From assembly GCA_964016885.1 (NCBI GenBank), contig OZ024743.1, positions 88,660,001 through 88,724,000 on the forward strand: a stretch of DNA of 64,000 nucleotides. The letters are read 5' to 3'. This document shows positions 54,963-64,000 of the stretch, in pieces (the first letter of the stretch is position 1; every line of letters starts with the position of its first letter). The stretch comes from Eledone cirrhosa (lineage: Eukaryota). The notes below the pieces were generated by a model, which made no database searches, was not told the DNA's origin, and worked only from the letters and a program-made list of their open reading frames with translations. The position numbers were made by a program, and so were the translations under genes.

Positions 54963-55017
54963 ATACATATATATATATATGCAAAAGGCAAACAGAAATA
55001 AATAAAATAAATAACTG

Positions 55018-55051
<34 letters not shown>

Positions 55052-55271
55052 TATGTATGTATATATATATATATATATATATCTAAGGCGGGTAAAATTC
55101 CCGAGATTGTAATTAGGGGCTCTAACCCTAGTGCTGTTAGATCGACTCTCCATATTTCTTTTCAATGGCTGACAATACCTTACCGGCGCCTCCACATTCC
55201 CCACATCTCCTGAACTCCCGAACTGGAGCCTTGCCACTGGATGTAGTTTAATGTCATACCCAGGACATATA

Positions 55272-55373
<102 letters not shown>

Positions 55374-55428
55374 ATATATATATATATATGTATGTATATA
55401 TATATATATATATATAGGAACGAGTAGG

Positions 55429-55524
55429 ACCCCGATGGCTGAGCTCAAGCCGTTTCGACGGCTAATTCTGGACTAAATGAACATTTTTATCCTGGTATTT
55501 GAATAGCCGAGCTTCTCAAGGGGT
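55429..55524 (-). ncRNA. Type I hammerhead ribozyme, U3-A8 variant (mirror copy, stem III mismatch)
   Basis: ACCCC-UUGAGAA-..-GAAACGGCU..AGCCAUC-GGGGU. Confidence 0.6.
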
Positions 55525-56203
55525 AATTCCATATATGGTCAAAGTGATTGTCACAGGGATTGGTCAAAAGTTTGTTGTTGAAACATAATAATTCTATGAT
55601 GGCAATTTGTGGAGGGAAGGGGTAGCTAAACCTGCCAGTAGGAGAAAGAGGGAGAGGGGGTGGATTAGACCCATACAGCTGGGCATGAGGTGAAAGAAGA
55701 TACTAGGGAGGGGGAGGGGGAGGAAGTCGAAACAGTAAGTAGAACAATAAGGGGTAAATATATAGAAAAAATACTGAGTGTTAAAAGCAATTAAATGTAA
55801 AAAAAAAAATAAACAATTTCTGGTACTACGACCTAAGTCTCTCACTGGTACTGCTAGGCTAAAAAAAAAAAAAAAAAAATATATATACTAGGTGGGACGG
55901 AATTATAATGAGACCCTTTTAAGAGGTATAAGTAATAAACCGAGTAAATCTTACGGTGACGTTCTACTTACTGTTTCGACTTCCTCCCCCTCCCCCTCCC
56001 TAGTATCTTCTTTGACCTCATGCCCAGCTGTAGTCGGCACTATCAACGCATGAATGGGTCTAATCCAACCCCTCTCCCTCTTTCTCCTACTGGCAGGTTT
56101 AGCTACCCCTTCCCTCCACAAATTGCCATCATAGAATTATTATGTCTCAACAACAAACTTTTGACCAATTCCTGTGACAATCACTTTGACCATATATGGA
56201 ATT

Positions 56204-56299
56204 ACCCCTTGAGGAGCTCGGCTATTCAAATACCAGGATAAACATTTTCATTTAGTCCAGAATTAGCCGTCGAAACGGCTTGAGCTCAGCCGTCGGGGT
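56204..56299 (+). ncRNA. Type I hammerhead ribozyme with long stem II and stable stem III (U3-G8)
   Basis: ACCCC-UUGAGGA-G..CGGCUA UUC [~33 nt] GAA u UAGCCG uC-GAAA CGGCU ugagcuc AGCCG UC-GGGGU. Confidence 0.75.
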
Positions 56300-56411
56300 C
56301 CTACTCGTTCCTATTACCCACTCTACTACCCTAAGTATTGAGTACTTTGGTGCTTATGGTCCACCTGGTTCCTTACCACATTTCCTCCGTTATATATATA
56401 TATATATATAT

Positions 56412-57506
<1,095 letters not shown>

Positions 57507-58289
57507 TATATTATGTATATATATGTATGTGTATATATACATATATATATCATCACTGTTTAATGTCCATTTTCCATGCAAGCATATACACATGTGTATG
57601 TATATATATATATGTATGTGTGTGTATAAATTAAGGGGGTAATGTACTTTAACCAAATGATTGTTTGACAGAATTAGTTTCATCAGAAGTCATCAAACTA
57701 GCATAAGAAAAGTGTTAAATTTAGCACTTTTGTTACCATATTTCTAACAGAAGACATTGTTTGCGGTCTTCAAATAATTTTGAAAATAATCAAGAATCTG
57801 GAGGCATTAACCTCTTAACAAGGGTTCTTTCCTAAAATTATAATGCAATTTTTTCAGATAAATATAAATGTTTTAAAACAAACTATTTCATATCAACTCA
57901 GGGTGGTTTCAAGCAGTTTGGTATCAAAATGGTTAAGGTTCTTTTCTCTACTAAAACAGATGCCAAAAGACAACAATGACTGGGGGCACATCATATAGTA
58001 TATATACATATTATATATGATGTATATATATATATATATATATACATCATATATAAACACAAAACCAACCACGCATATCTTTACTATCTCTAATCCTTCT
58101 ATAGATTTAGAAAAATAACCAATAATATATTCTATAAAAAATGTCAAAACAACAGATGGGAATCTAATTACTCACTGCCACCAAGAATTCTCACTGCTAT
58201 CAAAAAACCACTCCTTCAACTATTCTTCTAACAACTTCACCCCTCCCTCCTAATATTCTCTATAAAAACTAAATAGGTCCTCAGTAATA

Positions 58290-58443
58290 TTATTCTGATG
58301 AAATGACAGTAAATAATAACATTGAAATATTGAATGTCTGCATAACTAAAAGTTTGTAGATAGCAGCTGTTTTAGGTTATGTAACTGTTATAGAAACACG
58401 TGTCAATAAATTCCTTTCAACTAAACTGTATCCATTCAAATCT

Positions 58444-58450
<7 letters not shown>
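58290..58450 (+). ncRNA. Degenerate HHR plus a second HHR 3' half
   Basis: AUAUU-CUGAUGA-AAUG..CAUU-GAAAUAUUG-AAUGU; downstream GAAACACGUGUC-AAUAAA. Truncated relative at 36080-36130 (-). Confidence 0.45.
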
Positions 58451-58527
<77 letters not shown>

Positions 58528-58643
58528 CATCTCTTAATCAAATATACAATCCCATCCCACTACCTCACCCCCACCCCCATCAACACCACCCCTTTCTCTG
58601 TAAAGTTATGTTGGTACCACAACATCCAGTCCTAAATAAATGA

Positions 58644-58895
58644 GGTTGTGTAGGTGTCACGACAAAAAAATACAGTCCACGCTGTAAAGTGGCCATGTAG
58701 GTAACACGGTAAAAACCTCCCAGTCCACACTGTAAACGTGGTTGGTGTTAGGAAGGGCATACAGCTGTAGAAAACCTGCCAGACAGTCTTATACGAGCGA
58801 GACCACCAATCTTGCCTCAAGTGGGATAATTCCTGTCTAAACCCATGCTAGCGTGGAAGATAGACGTTAAACGATGATGATGATGATGATGATGA

Positions 58896-58898
<3 letters not shown>
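58644..58898 (+). mobile_element. SINE-like family 2 copy
   Basis: Close match to the reverse complement of 33706-33965. Confidence 0.8.
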
Positions 58899-58949
<51 letters not shown>

Positions 58950-58956
<7 letters not shown>

Positions 58957-59470
58957 ATTTAAGTATCGTGAGAGAGAAGAAGAGGTTTAAAGGGATAAGC
59001 GATACATATAGTTAGTTGCCAATAGTTTGTGCATTCGTGCTCAATACTTGTACCTACAGGGTTAACTATCGGAAGCGTTAATATTTAGCGGGCGAGAATA
59101 TAAGCAGAGTGGTTACAAATGAAAAGATTACAAAGGAGAATATACTATTAGAACATGTTTATACAAAAGCACCTATGTACGTTTCGCTCGAAAAGGGCTT
59201 CTCAAGGGCATAGAAAACTAAAGAGTGTTCAGTACAGGACCCAGAAGGGGTTTTAAGGTGATAATTACATCAAAATTCAAACATACAAGTTGTTATTGTC
59301 ACAATGAACTTTGATGTAATTATCACCTTAAAGCCCCTTCTGGGTCCTGTACTGAACACTCTTTAGTTTTCTATGTCCCTGAGAAGCCCTTTTCGAGCGA
59401 AACGTACATAGGTGCTTTTATATAAACATGTTCTAACAGTATATATTCTCCTTTGTAATCCTTTCATTTA
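58950..59470 (-). mobile_element. Fold-back insert, arms 59118-59274 / 59310-59469, with U3-A8 HHR remnant and tail
   Basis: Minus strand CUAUGCCC-UUGAGAA-GCCC uuuuc GAGC-GAAACGUA-CAUAG (59173-59213); gtattgagcac in tail. Confidence 0.82.
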
Positions 59471-59480
59471 TATATAATAG

Positions 59481-59523
59481 CACCACTGACGATGTTGCAG
59501 ATGTGCAACGAAAGAACTTTGTT
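59481..59523 (+). ncRNA. Candidate minimal HHR with weak stem I
   Basis: CA-CUGACGA-U GUUGCA gaug UGCAAC-GAAAG aa CUU-UG. Confidence 0.55.
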
Positions 59524-59718
59524 AGACTATATATATGTGTTTGTGTCTATATTGTATCTGTATTTTTGACCGTTGGTCAGTCAATGGTATAATTGAGGAC
59601 CGAATAAATTAAATTAACCGATATAAAAGACACAGAAGCGAAAACCAACCAAACAGTGAGTGTGTTCTGTTATTAATTCTGGCAATATTATTACACAAAT
59701 ATGACCCTCTCCAAGTAT

Positions 59719-61875
<2,157 letters not shown>

Positions 61876-61906
61876 TAATAACTTGTGTGTTACACCTCTA
61901 TTCTTT

Positions 61907-61950
<44 letters not shown>

Positions 61951-62001
61951 TATATATACCGATTGTGTTGTTATTTCTGTTTACCTTTTACATATATATA
62001 T

Positions 62002-62049
<48 letters not shown>

Positions 62050-62088
62050 GTTTAACGGCTATCTTCCATGCTAGCATGGGTTTAGATA

Positions 62089-62718
62089 CTAGCAGTGGTA
62101 CCCGGCGTTGCACGGGATAAGGTATTTTGGAACGCAGGCCGCCAACAGACCTAATCGTGGAAAAACTGCATGCCTGGACAATATGTAAAGAAAATAAACC
62201 GAATACTCTGATGGCTGGATAATCTTTAAGATTTTCCTCGATGAAGCAGGAAAAATGCAGGTTTTCACCTAATGCGGGCCCTGGGGAATCAAGAAAATGA
62301 ATTTTTTTTATGTGCATAATATGCCTTGAAATTTCGGGAAAATCGGCTTGACGTAACGCCTCTAAAAAGCTGAAAAAATGAAATTTTTCACCTAATGCGG
62401 ACCCTAGGCCATAAAAATGGATTTTCTTTGCTCACAGTATGAAGAAGAGACTGACTAATACATAGTTACAATTTCAAGGAAATTGGTCTGACGTAACGCC
62501 TCAAAAAAATCCCAAAGAGCTGAAAAAACGGCAGTTTTTCACCTAATGATCCTAGGGGATCAAAAAGTTGAATTTTGTTATGTGCATAACACTCCTTGAA
62601 ACATAAGTAATACACATGTAAAGTTTGAAAAAATCGGTTGGGTACTTCTTGAGTTTTAGTGATTCAAACACACACACACACACACACAGACAGACATCCT
62701 CAGTTTTATATATATAGA
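62089..62718 (-). mobile_element. Non-autonomous Helitron with internal ~120-150-bp repeats
   Basis: Same TC.. and hairpin-CTAG termini as 48092-49435; ttttcacctaatg occurs three times. Confidence 0.8.
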
Positions 62719-63404
62719 TATATGTGTATATATAAATGTTTTTATAGGGTCATCAGACAAGACATAAATATGTATGTATGTATGTTCTCTGGTTTTATAA
62801 TTTCACAAAGTTTTACCAATAGAGAGAGTCGGTTTCTAACAGACACAAGACTCTCTCATTGGAATTTACACAACATCAACTAGGTAGATATGTATGTATG
62901 TCTGCATGCATGTATGTGTATGCAGGTATAGATGTTATTGTATGTGTGGACGTGTATGTGTGCATGTGCATACGCTTTGTATCTGTACATGTGTATATGC
63001 AGTTATTAAATGCAAAAATTGTTGGTATATTTTACATATTTTTACTGTTCCATTAATGGATTGTACTTGTAGTTTCCTAACTAGTTGTGTTCTTTCTGAT
63101 TCTGTGAAGCCCAGCTTCTCAAAATTTGTATTGTGAAAAAGGTGTGAAAAAGGAAAAAGGAAAACTGCTCAATCAGGAAGAGAACTTATGTTCATACACA
63201 GAACTAAAGTGCTACCTAAGGTGTCAAGGCCCAATATTGACCATATCTCCAGAATGTAAGAGGGGCCAAAATTGTGACCTAATCTTGAGGTGTTTAAATA
63301 AATAATATAATATTTCTGCTCTCTTACCAATTGAGAACTGTTTTTGTTTTTCCTTTTTCACAACTATGGATATTGCTACACACACACACGCACACACATA
63401 TATG

Positions 63405-63590
63405 GAAGAGTATCCAATTGTAGAAACCAAGCCCAAATCAGTTCTGTATGAGCATGACATGGTCACCTGACCCAGCATTTTTCACAACAAGACAACTTGT
63501 CAAACCCATGCTAACATGGAAAAATGGACGTTAAACGGTGATGATGATGAGATGATGATGATGATAATGATGATGATGATGATGATGATA
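63405..63590 (+). mobile_element. SINE-like family 2 3' part
   Basis: gtagaaaccaagcccaaatcagttctgtatgagc..aacccatgctaacatggaaaaatggacgttaaacg..(gat)n. Confidence 0.75.
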
Positions 63591-63600
63591 TATATAAATA

Positions 63601-63785
63601 GCTTCTACAGGACTAAAACTGTTTCATTTGAAGGAAATTATCAGGAAAGCCCTGATGATTTCCTTCAAATGAAACAGTGAAAAACAGTCCTGTAGAAGTA
63701 ATTTCTATATAAAATTTTGTATATATACTCTACTATGTATTGAGTACCTTACTTACTGTGGTTACCCTCGATTGAACCCAGGACT
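63601..63785 (+). mobile_element. Fold-back insert of the 32.0-kb family with HHR core CUGAUGA..GAAAC
   Basis: Arms 63602-63646 / 63651-63700; tail near identical to 32106-32165. Confidence 0.8.
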
Positions 63786-63793
63786 CACACACA

Positions 63794-63875
<82 letters not shown>

Positions 63876-64000
63876 CTATAGTGAGCAGAGGTTGTAGAAT
63901 AATCAGAGTGACTGAGGATATATATATATATATATATGTAAAAGGTAAACAGAAATAACAACACAATCAGTATATGGAAGGTATATATTAGGTTAACGCT

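Larger units (their letters stand above)
55415..56392 (+). mobile_element. Fold-back insert, arms 55415-55746 / 55961-56313, plus tail, in (TA)n
   Basis: Reverse-complementary ~335-bp arms, each with an HHR; tail gtattgagtac. Confidence 0.9.

Overview
Repeat-dominated animal genomic DNA with no intact host gene ORF. The SINE and microsatellite landscape resembles cephalopod (octopus) DNA, which is an inference. The window holds a near-complete 5'-truncated CR1-type LINE with shorter copies, a mariner remnant, RTE and CRE LINE fragments, two SINE families, two non-autonomous Helitrons, a 14.6-kb polypyrimidine satellite with higher-order repeats, one candidate terminal exon and a decayed Penelope-like (PLE) RT. 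The main unexplained signal lies between about 28.8 and 63.8 kb. At least 15 fold-back (inverted-repeat) inserts occur there, most of them in or beside (TA)n microsatellites. Most carry a complete, degenerate or half type-I hammerhead ribozyme (HHR) motif; about five look potentially intact and several have the U3-A8 core variant. Many also share a TTGAGYRC motif downstream on the ribozyme strand, and the PLE remnant carries it too. One unit is terminally redundant, like a retrozyme. My interpretation is a diverse set of HHR-bearing PLE-derived or retrozyme-like elements that target TA repeats. All folding and alignment was done by eye, and coordinates are approximate.
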